Shown here piece after piece: positions 1 through 9,723 of a stretch of 64,000 bases of DNA; within the stretch, counting starts at the first letter, position 1, and every line of letters starts with the position of its first letter. A program made the translations under genes and the position numbers. Source of the stretch: Christensenellaceae bacterium (GTDB taxonomy: Bacteria > Bacillota > Clostridia > Christensenellales > Borkfalkiaceae). The stretch lies in assembly GCA_034104345.1 (NCBI GenBank), contig JAXEDY010000015.1, forward strand, positions 2,891 through 66,890, given 5' to 3'. The notes under the pieces were generated by a model. It ran no database searches and was not told the DNA's origin. It worked only from the letters and a program-made list of their open reading frames with translations.

Positions 1-2
1 GT

Positions 3-215
3 CGCGGTCAGGATAAATATACGTATAAATACACCGGCGATTTAGCAAACGCAGGCTTGCCCGAATTGGCATTTACCGTAGTTACCGACAGCATGTCCGT
101 CCACGTTAACGAAGACGAGCCCGAAACCATAGAGGTTCTTATCAAGGGCATAAAATACAGAGGCTTTATCTGCGCTAACTGCCATAGATTCGTTATAACC
201 GAAACTTTGGGTTAA
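3..215 (+). CDS. 3' end of a CDS truncated by the window edge (hypothetical protein, C-terminal CxxC)
   Basis: Frame 3 is open from the window edge to TAA 213-215 (...IKGIKYRGFICANCHRFVITETLG*). A hairpin plus T-run follows. No family recognised. Confidence 0.4.
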   Translation, partial: RGQDKYTYKYTGDLANAGLPELAFTVVTDSMSVHVNEDEPETIEVLIKGIKYRGFICANCHRFVITETLG

Positions 216-231
216 ACGTTAAAACGATAAT

Positions 232-267
232 AAAAACCTTTCGGATAAATTCCGAAAGGTTTTTTTA
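232..267 (+). terminator. Rho-independent terminator
   Basis: Stem AAAACCTTTCGG / CCGAAAGGTTTT with loop ATAAATT, followed by a T-run. Confidence 0.65.
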
Positions 268-298
268 TAAAACGCTTTGCCGCGTTAAAACAAAAAAA

Positions 299-337
299 TG
301 CCGATCGCTTTTTGGATTTTATAAAAAGCAATCGGCA
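299..337 (-). terminator. Rho-independent terminator downstream of the SRP RNA
   Basis: 14-bp stem TGCCGATCGCTTTTT / AAAAAGCAATCGGCA with one mismatch. On the minus strand it is followed by TTTTTTTG. It lies about 18 nt past the SRP RNA 3' end. Confidence 0.7.
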
Positions 338-354
338 TTCAGTTTCAAAAAAAA

Positions 355-621
355 CTGTACGTTCCGCTTTGACGCAACACACCGACGCGGTAAAACGGCA
401 GGTGGCTACTGCAAAGTTTCCTTATGGCACACGAGCGACACCGCTTAGTGCTGCTATATCCCTATCCTGACACGGTTCACGGCTGCCCGTTGCATAAGAC
501 CTTGCGATCAACGCTCCTTATCGCCTTCAGACCATCCATGCGTTACGCCGAGGCGGACTTTTCGACCTTGCTATAGCGGATTGCAAGTTAAGGGCACCGC
601 TAACTCCCCGTCTAGTACAGC
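355..621 (-). ncRNA. ffs: Signal recognition particle RNA, long Bacillus-type scRNA with Alu domain
   Basis: The minus strand reads CUGUAC..GACGGGGAGUUAGCGGUGCCCUUAACUUGCAAUCCGCUAUAGCAAGG, which matches the Alu-domain 5' region of B. subtilis scRNA. It also reads GUGUCAGGAUAGGGAUAUAGCAGCACUAAGCGG, the domain IV symmetric loop with a GNRA tetraloop. The 5' CUGUAC pairs with the 3' GUACAG. Length is about 267 nt. Confidence 0.9.
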
Positions 622-844
622 GTTATTATTTTATAACAAAATTAAAAACAAAGCAAGCAAAAACGCCGCGTTTTAGATAAAAAGCGCGCGCCAAAATAAA
701 CCAAAACAAACAATAACGCGAAAAACAGCGAAAACGCTTTACATTTTTTTGCTTATTTGTTAAAATAATAGCATATAAAAACATAGATGCGTGTTCACGG
801 TTTGTTTTAGCCTTTGCTATATGCCAAGTCGAAAACATCCGTGC

Positions 845-1178
845 ATAGCGGAAACAAGTCGCGCGGGCAGCGTTTAAAAAGCGAGTTCGGGGCGGTGTAA
901 GCCGAACTAAACGTCCGTAGCGGTATCCTTCCGCAGCACGCCTTGCAAAAGCGTGGCTTTGCGGCACGGCGATTTTTTTAATTGCTTTGTCGGGGCGGGC
1001 GAAATAGCGGGGCGCGTATCGCCGCGAAAAGGCGTTTTAAGTGCGATCGTTCGCGCGGGTTTTGCTTGCCCTAATTTTTTATCGGCATAAAGTTAAAAAA
1101 CCGCGGCGTAAGCGGTCGAATCAAAGTGGTAACGCGGAACTTCCGTCTTTGAATAAAAGGCGGGGGTGTTTTTTTTGA
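845..1178 (+). promoter_or_regulatory. T-box riboswitch leader (Ile specifier) controlling ileS
   Basis: Stem I elements are present: AG bulge AGCGAG (880-885), distal loop GGTGTAA (894-900) and base helix GCGGAA (848-853) / TTCCGC (929-934). ATC (925-927) sits in the specifier position. The T-box core is AAAGTGGTAACGCGG (1124-1137), and its UGGU can pair with the ACCA end of tRNA-Ile. A terminator UUCCGUCUU/AAGGCGGGG plus T8 lies at 1141-1177. The 5' boundary is uncertain. Confidence 0.7.
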
Positions 1179-1206
1179 AATAAACGATATTAAAAAGGAA
1201 GACGAT

Positions 1207-4200
1207 ATGTATAAAAAAGTTGACAATTCGCTTAATTTTTTAGACCGTGAAAAAGAAGTTTTGAAGTTCTGGAACGATGAAAAAATCTTTGAAAAAAGTA
1301 TGGATAAGCGCAAAGACGGCGAAGAATTCTGTTTTTACGACGGGCCGCCCACCGCTAACGGCAAACCGCATATCGGGCACGTTTTAACGCGCGTAATGAA
1401 GGATATTATTCCGCGCTATAAAACGATGAAAGGCATGCACGTCGCGCGCAAGGCCGGCTGGGATACTCACGGTTTGCCCGTAGAACTCGAAATCGAAAAG
1501 AAATTAGGGCTCGACGGCAAGCAGGATATCGAAAAATACGGCATCGAACCCTTTATAAAACAGTGCAAAGAAAGCGTTTGGAAATACGTTAACGAATGGC
1601 GCCAAATGTCTGACCGCATAGGTTATTGGGTCGATATGGATCATCCCTACGTTACCTACGACGATAATTACATCGAATCGGAATGGTGGGCGCTTAAAAA
1701 AATATGGGAAAAAGGGCTGTTATACAAGGGCTATAAAATAGTGCCTTATTGCCCGCGTTGCGGCACCGCGCTTTCGTCGCACGAAGTGGCGCAAGGCTAT
1801 AAAGAAGTTAAAGAAAAATCGATTTTCGTCAAGTTCAAAGTAAAGGGCGAAAACAAGTATTTTCTTGCCTGGACAACCACGCCGTGGACTCTTCCTTCGA
1901 ACGTGGCGCTGTGCATGAACGCAAACGAAAATTACAGCGAAATTATCGCCGAAGACGGCATGCACTACGTTTTGGCGCAGGCGCTTTGCGATAAACTTTT
2001 TGAAAATTATACGACCGTTTCGGTTAAAACGGGCAAAGAATACGAATTTACCGAATACGAGCCGATGTTCGATTACGCGCTCGGTTCGTTCAAAGAAAAG
2101 GCATATTACGTTACCAACGCCGATTACGTTACTTTAACCGACGGCACGGGCATCGTTCACATTGCGCCCGCGTTCGGCGAAGACGACAGCCTCGTCGGCA
2201 AAAAATACGGTTTGCCTTTCGTGCAGATGGTCGATACCCGCGGCAGATTTGTAGAAGCCGCGCGCGACTATGCCGGCATATTCTGCAAAGACGCCGACAA
2301 ACAGATTATCGCCGATTTAAAGGCGCGCGGCGTTTTGTTCAAGGAAATGCTTTACGAACACAGTTATCCGTTCTGCTGGCGTTGCAACACTCCGCTTTTA
2401 TATTACGCCCGCAGCAGTTGGTTTATAAAAACCACCGCCGTAAAAGACGAACTTTTAAAGGCGAACGCTTCGGTCAACTGGATTCCGCCCACGATCGGCA
2501 CCGGTCGTATGGGCAATTTCTTAGAAAACGTTATCGACTGGGGGATTTCGCGCGAAAGATATTGGGGCACGCCGCTTCCCGTTTGGGTTTGCAAAGACTG
2601 CGGCAAGGTTCACGTTATCGGCTCGCGCAAAGAATTGCAGGATTTAAGCGGCGTTTCGGGCGTCGAACTGCACCGTCCTTATATCGACGCGGTTACCTTT
2701 AAGTGCGATAAATGCGGCGGCGAAATGCACCGCGTTAAAGACGTTATCGACTGCTGGTTCGATTCGGGTTCGATGCCGTTCGCGCAACTTCACTATCCGT
2801 TCGAAAACAAAGACATTTTCGAAAAGCGTTTTCCTGCCGATTTCATAAGCGAAGCGGTTGACCAAACGCGCGGTTGGTTTTATACGTTGCTTGCCGTTTC
2901 GGTGCTTATGTTCGATAAAGCGCCCTTTAAAAACTGCATAGTTTTAGGGCATGTAAACGATAAAAACGGCATAAAAATGAGCAAGCACATCGGCAACGTC
3001 GTCGATCCGTGGAGCGTTTTAGACAAACAGGGTGCCGACGCCGTCCGTTGGTATTTCTACACTTCGTCGGCTCCATGGCTTCCGTCGAGATTTTACGACG
3101 AAGCGGTAAGCGAAGGTCAACGCCGCTTTATGGGCACGCTTTGGAACACCTACGCGTTCTTCGTGCTTTACGCCGAAATCGATAAATACGATCCTTCGAA
3201 ATATAAACTTGAAAACTGCAAGTTAAGCCTTATGGATAAGTGGGTTTTGTCTAAACTCAACACGCTTATAAAGCAGGTAGACGACGGGCTTAACGGTTAT
3301 CAGATATTCGAAACCGCGCGCGCTATCGAAGCCTACGTCGACGAACTTTCGAATTGGTACGTCCGCCGCGGTCGCGAAAGATATTGGGGCAAGGATATGA
3401 GCGACGATAAAATCGCCGCTTATACCACGCTGTGGACGGTGCTCGTAACATTATCGAAGTTGCTTGCGCCTTACACTCCGTTTATGGCCGAAAGCATTTA
3501 TCGCAATCTTGTTCCAGAATTTTTTAAAGACGCACCCGAATCCGTTCATCTTTGCGACTTCCCCGTTTGCGACCAAAAAATGGTGGATAAAGATCTCGAA
3601 GACGGAATGGAAGACGTTTTAAAAATCGTATTGCTCGGCAGAAGCGCGAGAAATTCGGCTAACGTTAAAAACCGCCAGCCGCTTAACAAACTTTACGTTG
3701 CCTGCGACCGCGCCGTTAAACTAACCGAAGGGCTTTACGAAATCGCGCGCGACGAACTTAACGTTAAACAGGTCGAAATTTTGCACGATGCTTCGCGTTT
3801 CGTAACCTATAAATTAAAGCCGCAACTTAAAACGTTAGGGCCTAAATACGGCAAAAAATTGGGTGAAATCCGCGCGTTTTTAGATAATTGCAATGCCGCC
3901 GAAATAGTTTCGACGGTGAAAGCGGGTGGCGTTTATAAGGCGAATATCGGTGGCGAAGAAATAGATTTTGCGCTCGACGACCTTTTGATTTCGAGCGAAA
4001 GCGCCGAAGGTTTTGTTTCGGCAAGCGAAAACGGTCTGACGGTCGTGCTCGACGTTCATATCACCGAGGAACTTCTGCTCGAAGGCGTTATGCGCGAACT
4101 CGTTTCGAAAATTCAGACGATGCGCAAAGAAGCGGGCTTCGAAGTTACCGACAGAATTACTTTGCGTTACACCGCCGAAGGCAATGCTTTAAAAGTTTTA

Positions 4201-4338
4201 ACCGAAAAGGCAAACGATCTTAAAACCGCCGTTCTTGCCGAAAACGTTATTTCGGGCGGCGACTTAAACGCGGGTTATAAAAAAGAATTCGATATAAACG
4301 GCGAAAAAGTTGCTTTATCGGTTGAAAAAATCGGCTAA
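1207..4338 (+). CDS. ileS: Isoleucine--tRNA ligase (long, type-2-like form)
   Basis: 1043-aa ORF with the HIGH motif (PHIGH), a KMSKS-type motif (KMSKH), a CP1 editing insertion and a WCISR-like GISRERYWG. An AAGGAAG SD lies upstream, and the gene follows a T-box. Confidence 0.97.
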   Translation: MYKKVDNSLNFLDREKEVLKFWNDEKIFEKSMDKRKDGEEFCFYDGPPTANGKPHIGHVLTRVMKDIIPRYKTMKGMHVARKAGWDTHGLPVELEIEKKLGLDGKQDIEKYGIEPFIKQCKESVWKYVNEWRQMSDRIGYWVDMDHPYVTYDDNYIESEWWALKKIWEKGLLYKGYKIVPYCPRCGTALSSHEVAQGYKEVKEKSIFVKFKVKGENKYFLAWTTTPWTLPSNVALCMNANENYSEIIAEDGMHYVLAQALCDKLFENYTTVSVKTGKEYEFTEYEPMFDYALGSFKEKAYYVTNADYVTLTDGTGIVHIAPAFGEDDSLVGKKYGLPFVQMVDTRGRFVEAARDYAGIFCKDADKQIIADLKARGVLFKEMLYEHSYPFCWRCNTPLLYYARSSWFIKTTAVKDELLKANASVNWIPPTIGTGRMGNFLENVIDWGISRERYWGTPLPVWVCKDCGKVHVIGSRKELQDLSGVSGVELHRPYIDAVTFKCDKCGGEMHRVKDVIDCWFDSGSMPFAQLHYPFENKDIFEKRFPADFISEAVDQTRGWFYTLLAVSVLMFDKAPFKNCIVLGHVNDKNGIKMSKHIGNVVDPWSVLDKQGADAVRWYFYTSSAPWLPSRFYDEAVSEGQRRFMGTLWNTYAFFVLYAEIDKYDPSKYKLENCKLSLMDKWVLSKLNTLIKQVDDGLNGYQIFETARAIEAYVDELSNWYVRRGRERYWGKDMSDDKIAAYTTLWTVLVTLSKLLAPYTPFMAESIYRNLVPEFFKDAPESVHLCDFPVCDQKMVDKDLEDGMEDVLKIVLLGRSARNSANVKNRQPLNKLYVACDRAVKLTEGLYEIARDELNVKQVEILHDASRFVTYKLKPQLKTLGPKYGKKLGEIRAFLDNCNAAEIVSTVKAGGVYKANIGGEEIDFALDDLLISSESAEGFVSASENGLTVVLDVHITEELLLEGVMRELVSKIQTMRKEAGFEVTDRITLRYTAEGNALKVLTEKANDLKTAVLAENVISGGDLNAGYKKEFDINGEKVALSVEKIG

Positions 4339-4362
4339 AAATCATAAATAAAATCATAAATT

Positions 4363-5223
4363 ATGAATTCAGCAAACAATTGGAAAGAATTTTCGGTAAT
4401 CGCCACGGGCGACGGCTATAAACTCGAACGATGGGGCGGCGTTATTTTGCTTCGCCCGGATCCGCAGGTTATATGGCCCGCTTCGATCGATTTAGACGGT
4501 TATCAAGGCTTAAACGCCAAATATACGCGCAGTTCATCGGGCGGCGGCGCGTGGGAATATTATAAAAAAACTCCCGACGAGTGGAATATAAGTTACGGCG
4601 AATTGAAGTTTAAAATCAAGCCCATGGGCTTTAAGCACACCGGACTTTTCCCCGAGCAGGCCGCCAACTGGGATAAGATGGCTTCGCTTATTAAAAACGC
4701 GGGGCGCCCGATAAGCGTGCTTAATCTGTTCGCCTATACGGGCGGCGCGACCGTTGCATGTTTAAAAGCGGGGGCGAGCGTGTGCCACGTCGACGCGAGC
4801 AAGGGCATGGTAGAACGCGCGGGCGAAAACGTGCGGTTATCGGGGCTTGAAAAAGCGCCCGTACGCTTTATAATCGACGATTGCAAAAAGTTCGTTCAGC
4901 GCGAAATAAAGCGCGGGCGGCGTTACGACGCGATTATTATGGACCCGCCGAGTTACGGCAGGGGACCTAACGGCGAAATGTGGAAAATCGAAAGCGAACT
5001 TTATTCGCTCGTAACCCTTTGTCGCGACGTTCTTTCGGATAATCCTCTTTTCTTTTTAGTAAACAGTTACACTACGGGGCTTCAGCCGCAGGTTTTAAAC
5101 AACGTTTTAAGCCTTGCGCTTAAAGACGTAAGCGGCGAAATCGAAGCTTACGAAGTGGGGCTTCCTACCGAAGAAGGCATAATTTTGCCGTGCGGCGCAA
5201 GCGGTTTTTTTTGCAGACGATAA
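4363..5223 (+). CDS. Class I SAM-dependent (r)RNA methyltransferase, RlmI/RlmK-like catalytic domain
   Basis: 286 aa. Motif I is VLNLFAYTGGATV and motif IV is IIMDPPSYG. No obvious SD. Confidence 0.8.
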   Translation: MNSANNWKEFSVIATGDGYKLERWGGVILLRPDPQVIWPASIDLDGYQGLNAKYTRSSSGGGAWEYYKKTPDEWNISYGELKFKIKPMGFKHTGLFPEQAANWDKMASLIKNAGRPISVLNLFAYTGGATVACLKAGASVCHVDASKGMVERAGENVRLSGLEKAPVRFIIDDCKKFVQREIKRGRRYDAIIMDPPSYGRGPNGEMWKIESELYSLVTLCRDVLSDNPLFFLVNSYTTGLQPQVLNNVLSLALKDVSGEIEAYEVGLPTEEGIILPCGASGFFCRR

Positions 5224-5265
5224 CGCTTTTTCGGCGTAAACTAAAATTTGCCGATTTACGAAGAT

Positions 5266-5311
5266 AAAAGTGCCGAAATATGCGATAATCGACCTATAGC
5301 CCAGTTTTTTA
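5266..5311 (+). repeat. Hairpin-repeat family copy R1 (core GCGATAATCGACCTATAG), acting as terminator
   Basis: AAAAGTGCCGAAATATGCGATAATCGACCTATAGCCCAGTTTTTT. The core is at 5282-5299 and a T-run follows. Confidence 0.7.
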
Positions 5312-5382
5312 AAAATTAGGCGCATTAAAACACGCGCTAAAAAGGCTTTTAGGCAAAGATAAAAGGAGAAAAAAGTTTTAAT

Positions 5383-6096
5383 ATGGTTAACATGACGGCT
5401 GACGATTTAACGATTTTATATGAAGACAACCATGTAATAGTTGTGCTTAAACCGCAAAACGTTCCGTGCTGCGAAGATCATACAAAAGACATCGATCTTT
5501 TAAGTTTGGTTAAAGAATACATAAGAAAAAAATACGACAAAAAGGGCAACGTTTATATCGGACTTGTTCACCGTCTCGATAGGGTAACGGGCGGCGTTAT
5601 GGTGTTTGCTAAAAGCACCAAAGCGGCGTCGCGTTTGTCCGAGCAGATGGCGAGCGGCGATTTTGAAAAGAAATATCTTGCCGTGCTTACAAAGCGCCCG
5701 CCCGAAGACAGAGCGATTTTAAGGCATTATTTAAAGAAAAATCCCGTAAACAATATGGTTTACGCCTGCCCGCCTACCGTCGAAGGCGCGAAGTTTTGCG
5801 AACTCGAATATAACGTTTTGCAAGAAGAAAAAGGCTTAACGCTTGCAAAAGTCGTTCTTCACACGGGCAGAACGCACCAAATTCGCGTGCAGATGTCGGC
5901 GATAGGCTGTCCGCTTTACGGCGATATGCGTTACGGCGGCGAAAATGCTAAAAAAGGCAACATCGCGCTTTGGGCAACTTCGCTTTCGTTTTCGCACCCC
6001 GTTTCGAAAGAGCGTTTGGTTTTTAAAATCGAACCGCCGATCGACGGCGTTCCGTGGAAATTGTTCGATATTTCGCCGATCATCGAAACTTTTTAA
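5383..6096 (+). CDS. RluA-family pseudouridine synthase
   Basis: Catalytic motif HRLDRVTGGVMVFAKS and HQIRVQ motif. An AAAGGAG SD lies upstream. An alternative ATG is at 5392. Confidence 0.9.
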   Translation: MVNMTADDLTILYEDNHVIVVLKPQNVPCCEDHTKDIDLLSLVKEYIRKKYDKKGNVYIGLVHRLDRVTGGVMVFAKSTKAASRLSEQMASGDFEKKYLAVLTKRPPEDRAILRHYLKKNPVNNMVYACPPTVEGAKFCELEYNVLQEEKGLTLAKVVLHTGRTHQIRVQMSAIGCPLYGDMRYGGENAKKGNIALWATSLSFSHPVSKERLVFKIEPPIDGVPWKLFDISPIIETF

Positions 6097-6200
6097 CCTT
6101 AAATTTAAAGCGGTTGCCGCGAATAAAAGCCAAGTTTTCACGCATTGGATAATTTAATGACTGTTTGGGGTATAATTTAGCGGTTTTTGCTTTTATTTAA

Positions 6201-6229
6201 TTGACAAAAATTTATAGTTGGTTTAAAAT
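6201..6229 (+). promoter_or_regulatory. Sigma-70/SigA-type promoter
   Basis: TTGACA (6201-6206), 17 nt, TAAAAT (6224-6229), upstream of the 6342 CDS. Confidence 0.45.
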
Positions 6230-6341
6230 ATAATAGATTAAAATGATAATATGCGCTTGCTGTCGTTATTTTTAAAAGCGGTGCGCTGAAATCATCAGAA
6301 TATCACCAGAAGAACGTAAAGAGATTAGGAGTTTCGTTATT

Positions 6342-7751
6342 ATGAAAATCAAGAAATTGTCCTTATTTTTCGCGGCGGTTTTAGCCGTCGTGTGTCTTGC
6401 CTCCGTTCCGGTTTCGTATAAGCCGGTCAAGGCGGCGTCGTCTACCGCAGACTTTGTCGGCGGCTACGACGAATATAAAGCGGATTACATCGTTAAAAAA
6501 GTAACCGCGAAAAACGGCGTTACCCTTACCGAAAAAGATTCCGACGGCAATACTATCAAATATTATTTTGATTACGCCGTAGCGGGAACGAGCGATTACA
6601 GCAAAGAAGCCGAAGTAAGTTCTTCGTCGCGCGTTACGTTCAAACAAAACCCCGCAAAAGGCAGCAAAGTTGCGATGGCGCTCCGCGTGTTCACCAAAAA
6701 CGGCGACGCGGCAGACTATTCGTGCATGGGCGGCAGAAGTTCGCTTCCTTTCTACGTCGTTAACAAAGAAGCCAACGAAAATTCGATAAGTTACGCTACC
6801 GATTTGGCTGTTTTAAACGCTTATAACGATGCAATAAAGAGCAAGCTCGAAAATAAAAAACTCGGCGAAAACTTCTATTATCCCGATTTCGAAGTAGAAG
6901 TTTCGGGCGCGAAAAAAAGTTTGGTCGCATCCGACCTTTACGACGTAAACGACCTTAGAAAAACCGTTTACTATGCAAAAGCTTCGAGTTCTTCGTTCAC
7001 TTCGACCACGAGTTCTTATTTTAAACTTTCGGACGTAGGCTCTTATAAATTCTATATACTATTCGAAGACTATGCGAAAACGAGTGCTTTTGTAGATATT
7101 AACGAAAAAGACGACGACGGCAATGCCGTTTACGAACGCAAAATTGTAAACGAAGTTGAAGGTTTTTACGATAAATCGAACAAGCTCGTGGTTCCGATAT
7201 TCACGTTTACGGTTGAAAAAGGCAAAGCACCCGAAATTACCGTAAAGAGCAAATCGCCCAACGGATATTTCGGTTTGAAATATGAAGTAGAAAGCTTTAC
7301 CGTTGTTACCGCAGGCAGCAACGAAGCCAAAAAATACGAACTTTATTTCAGCACCAAAGATCTTTCGCAAGACTTAGGAGACGCGTTTGCCAACGCGTGG
7401 GATGTCGTCAGAACGCAGGCAACCGACGTTACCGACGACGAAGAAATCAACTTTAATTCTTCGGCTCTTACGTTCACCCCGAAAAAACAAGCAGGTTATT
7501 ACTACGTTATTTGCAGCGTATCCGATGAAAACGGCAGCGCAATCAAAGTTTGTAACCCCATCGCCGTTAAAGAAGGTTTCAGCGAAGTAAAACGCGCGTT
7601 CGACTTCGGCGCGTTTATGAAAACCAATTATCTCTCGATAATTTTCCTTTCAATCGCGCTTCTTTCGGCAATAGGCATCGTTCTGCTGATATTCGTTAAA
7701 CCCAAAGATAAAACTGCCGACGAGAACGTAGATCCCGTCGCTAAAAAGTAA
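6342..7751 (+). CDS. Secreted protein with C-terminal membrane anchor, unknown function
   Basis: AGGAG SD. Signal peptide (...VPVSYKPVKA/AS). C-terminal TM helix LSIIFLSIALLSAIGIVLLIF followed by KPKDK. No family recognised. Confidence 0.7.
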   Translation: MKIKKLSLFFAAVLAVVCLASVPVSYKPVKAASSTADFVGGYDEYKADYIVKKVTAKNGVTLTEKDSDGNTIKYYFDYAVAGTSDYSKEAEVSSSSRVTFKQNPAKGSKVAMALRVFTKNGDAADYSCMGGRSSLPFYVVNKEANENSISYATDLAVLNAYNDAIKSKLENKKLGENFYYPDFEVEVSGAKKSLVASDLYDVNDLRKTVYYAKASSSSFTSTTSSYFKLSDVGSYKFYILFEDYAKTSAFVDINEKDDDGNAVYERKIVNEVEGFYDKSNKLVVPIFTFTVEKGKAPEITVKSKSPNGYFGLKYEVESFTVVTAGSNEAKKYELYFSTKDLSQDLGDAFANAWDVVRTQATDVTDDEEINFNSSALTFTPKKQAGYYYVICSVSDENGSAIKVCNPIAVKEGFSEVKRAFDFGAFMKTNYLSIIFLSIALLSAIGIVLLIFVKPKDKTADENVDPVAKK

Positions 7752-7767
7752 TTTTAAAAAATGCGTT

Positions 7768-7805
7768 TCGGGCGGGAGTAATTTTGCTTCCGCCCGATTT
7801 TTTTA
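7768..7805 (+). terminator. Rho-independent terminator
   Basis: Stem TCGGGCGGGA / TCCGCCCGA followed by T7. Confidence 0.75.
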
Positions 7806-7932
7806 ACAAAGGCACGTTTAATTCTGCAAATTACGGTCACAACAAAAAACTTGCTCCGATATATTTTTGTTTAAATTAAATCCGGCATAGCCGTTAATGC
7901 CGCTATAAAACGGCATTTAAACACAAAACGAT

Positions 7933-9000
7933 ATGAAAGAAATCGATTTAAAAAACTTAAATTCACGCGTTTTAATAGGCGACAACGCAATAAAATCTCT
8001 TGCCGATATAATCGGTTTAAACGCGAAAAATCGCGGTGACGTAAGCGATTTTAAAAAACTTAAAGTTGCGCTTGTTTACACCAAAAATTTAAGCGAAAAC
8101 GTTGAAAACGCGCTTAAAACCGAACTGTCGCGCTTTGATTTTTATTCGTTTAAAATCAAAGACGGCGAGAAAATTAAAAACGCCGAATGGGCGGGGCTTA
8201 TTACCGAGTTTTTGGCGGTGAACGGATTTAAGCGCTGCGACGTTTTGGTTGCGGCGGGCGGCGGCACCATTTGCGATTTGTGCGGGTTTGTTGCAAGCGT
8301 TTATATGCGCGGCATAACCTATTACAATCTGCCCACAACGCTTTTATGCGCCGTAGACGCGTGCGTCGGCGGTAAAACGGCGGTGGATATTCCGCACGTT
8401 AAAAACGGCTGGGGAACCTTTTATCAGCCCGCGGCTACGATAGTAGATACTTCCGTAATTAAGAACTTAAACGGCGACGCATTTTTCGGCGGAGTTTCCG
8501 AAATCGTTAAATACGCGCTTATTTCAAAAGATTTTTGCAAATATTTAAACGGTTTTAACTGCGCCGAAGATTTAAAAAACGACCTTGAAAACCTTATTTA
8601 TAAAGCGCTTGAAATAAAAGTTGAACTTGTTTTAAAAGACGAGCGCGACGAAAACGAGCGTAAGATTTTAAACTTAGGTCATACTGTCGCGCACGCGTTA
8701 GAGCAAAACAGCAACTATAAAATGACGCACGGCGAAGCGGTAAGCAAAGGCATTTTTTCTGAAAGCGCAATTTCGTATATCACGGGGCGATTAAGCGAAA
8801 AAAACTTTTTAACCGTCGTAGATATGCTTATAAAATTCGTGCCGAAATTCTGCCCCGAAAAAAATGTTAATAAGTATATTCCGTTTATGCGTTTCGATAA
8901 AAAAAATTCGGGCGCGAAAATAACTTTTGCGCTTGCCACCGATAGCGGCGTAAAACTTTGCGCTTTTTCCGAAAGCGAACTTAACGTTTTGTTGCGCTGA
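7933..9000 (+). CDS. aroB: 3-dehydroquinate synthase family protein (sugar-phosphate cyclase superfamily)
   Basis: Motifs AAGGGTICDLCGFVAS, PTTLLCAVDACVGGKTAV, LNLGHTVAHALE and HGEAVSKG. No other aro genes are nearby, so the exact substrate is uncertain. Confidence 0.75.
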   Translation: MKEIDLKNLNSRVLIGDNAIKSLADIIGLNAKNRGDVSDFKKLKVALVYTKNLSENVENALKTELSRFDFYSFKIKDGEKIKNAEWAGLITEFLAVNGFKRCDVLVAAGGGTICDLCGFVASVYMRGITYYNLPTTLLCAVDACVGGKTAVDIPHVKNGWGTFYQPAATIVDTSVIKNLNGDAFFGGVSEIVKYALISKDFCKYLNGFNCAEDLKNDLENLIYKALEIKVELVLKDERDENERKILNLGHTVAHALEQNSNYKMTHGEAVSKGIFSESAISYITGRLSEKNFLTVVDMLIKFVPKFCPEKNVNKYIPFMRFDKKNSGAKITFALATDSGVKLCAFSESELNVLLR

Positions 9001-9065
9001 TATTTATCGCAGATATTTGCGCGTTATCCGGCGAAAAAACAAAAAACGCTGCTTATTTATTGTTT

Positions 9066-9581
9066 ATGAAAAACTTCATTATAAAATTAGAAAACAAATG
9101 CCCCAAGTTTTGCGAAGCGTTCAGGTTTTTGCTTATCGGCGGATTTGCCACGCTTTTAGATATGCTTGTTATGGCTTGCGTTATCTATTTTCCCAACGCC
9201 GAACTGTTCGACAATAAGTTTATAAACGTGTTTCTATATAAAGAAGCGGCAAGTGCGTTTTGGGTGACTTTCGGCACGGCTACGGGTTTTGTTTCGGGAC
9301 TTTTGTTCAACTATGCGTTCTCGGTAATATTCGTTTATAAGGGGGATAACAGGTCGGCGAAAACGGGTAAAGGTTTTATGCTTTTCGTGTTGTTTTCGCT
9401 AATAGGGCTGCTTATTCAAACGGTCGGGGTTTACGTCGGTTATGAAATTTTAAATATAAACGAATGGGTAGTTAAAATTATTTTGGTTTTCGTGGTTTTA
9501 ATTTTTAATTATTACACGCGTAAAAAATTCATTTTTAAAGGCGAAAAACAGAGTTTTGGCGACGAAAACAAAGACGATTGA
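9066..9581 (+). CDS. GtrA-family membrane protein
   Basis: The sequence FRFLLIGGFATLLDM..., four TM helices and the C-terminal YYTRKKFIFK are typical of GtrA. The ATG at 9066 is preferred over the TTG at 9060. Confidence 0.8.
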   Translation: MKNFIIKLENKCPKFCEAFRFLLIGGFATLLDMLVMACVIYFPNAELFDNKFINVFLYKEAASAFWVTFGTATGFVSGLLFNYAFSVIFVYKGDNRSAKTGKGFMLFVLFSLIGLLIQTVGVYVGYEILNINEWVVKIILVFVVLIFNYYTRKKFIFKGEKQSFGDENKDD

Positions 9582-9612
9582 TCGTGGAGTAAAATAGAAT
9601 ATTATATTGCGA

Positions 9613-9646
9613 AAAACGTAGGGGAGACCATCGATATCCTGCATGT
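9613..9646 (+). repeat. 34-nt repeat AAAACGTAGGGGAGaCCATCGaTaTCCtGCAtGT (copy A)
   Basis: About 29/34 identical to copy B at 36531-36564. Begins with a GTAG tetranucleotide. Confidence 0.6.
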
Positions 9647-9666
9647 TTTATGAAATAACAGGCAAC

Positions 9667-9700
9667 AAAAAAGCGGAAAGCAATTTGCTTTCCGCTTTTT
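9667..9700. terminator. Bidirectional Rho-independent terminator between convergent genes
   Basis: AAAAAAGCGGAAAGCAATTTGCTTTCCGCTTTTT, a perfect 11-bp stem flanked by A- and T-runs. Confidence 0.8.
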
Positions 9701-9723
9701 ATATGTTGTGGTGAAATATTTAA

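Noticed and set aside
626-967. 113-aa minus-strand ORF from the track
   Set aside because: It lies in the A-rich SRP-RNA promoter region and overlaps stem I of the ileS T-box leader on the other strand. The composition is Arg/Phe-rich and non-protein-like, and there is no SD.
927-985. Hairpin CCGCAGCACGCC...GCGTGGCTTTGCGG plus a T-run, considered as the terminator of an independent sRNA upstream of ileS
   Set aside because: The preceding 80 nt carry canonical T-box stem I elements (AG bulge, GGTGTAA distal loop, ATC specifier). The region is therefore better explained as part of one long ileS T-box leader than as a separate gene.
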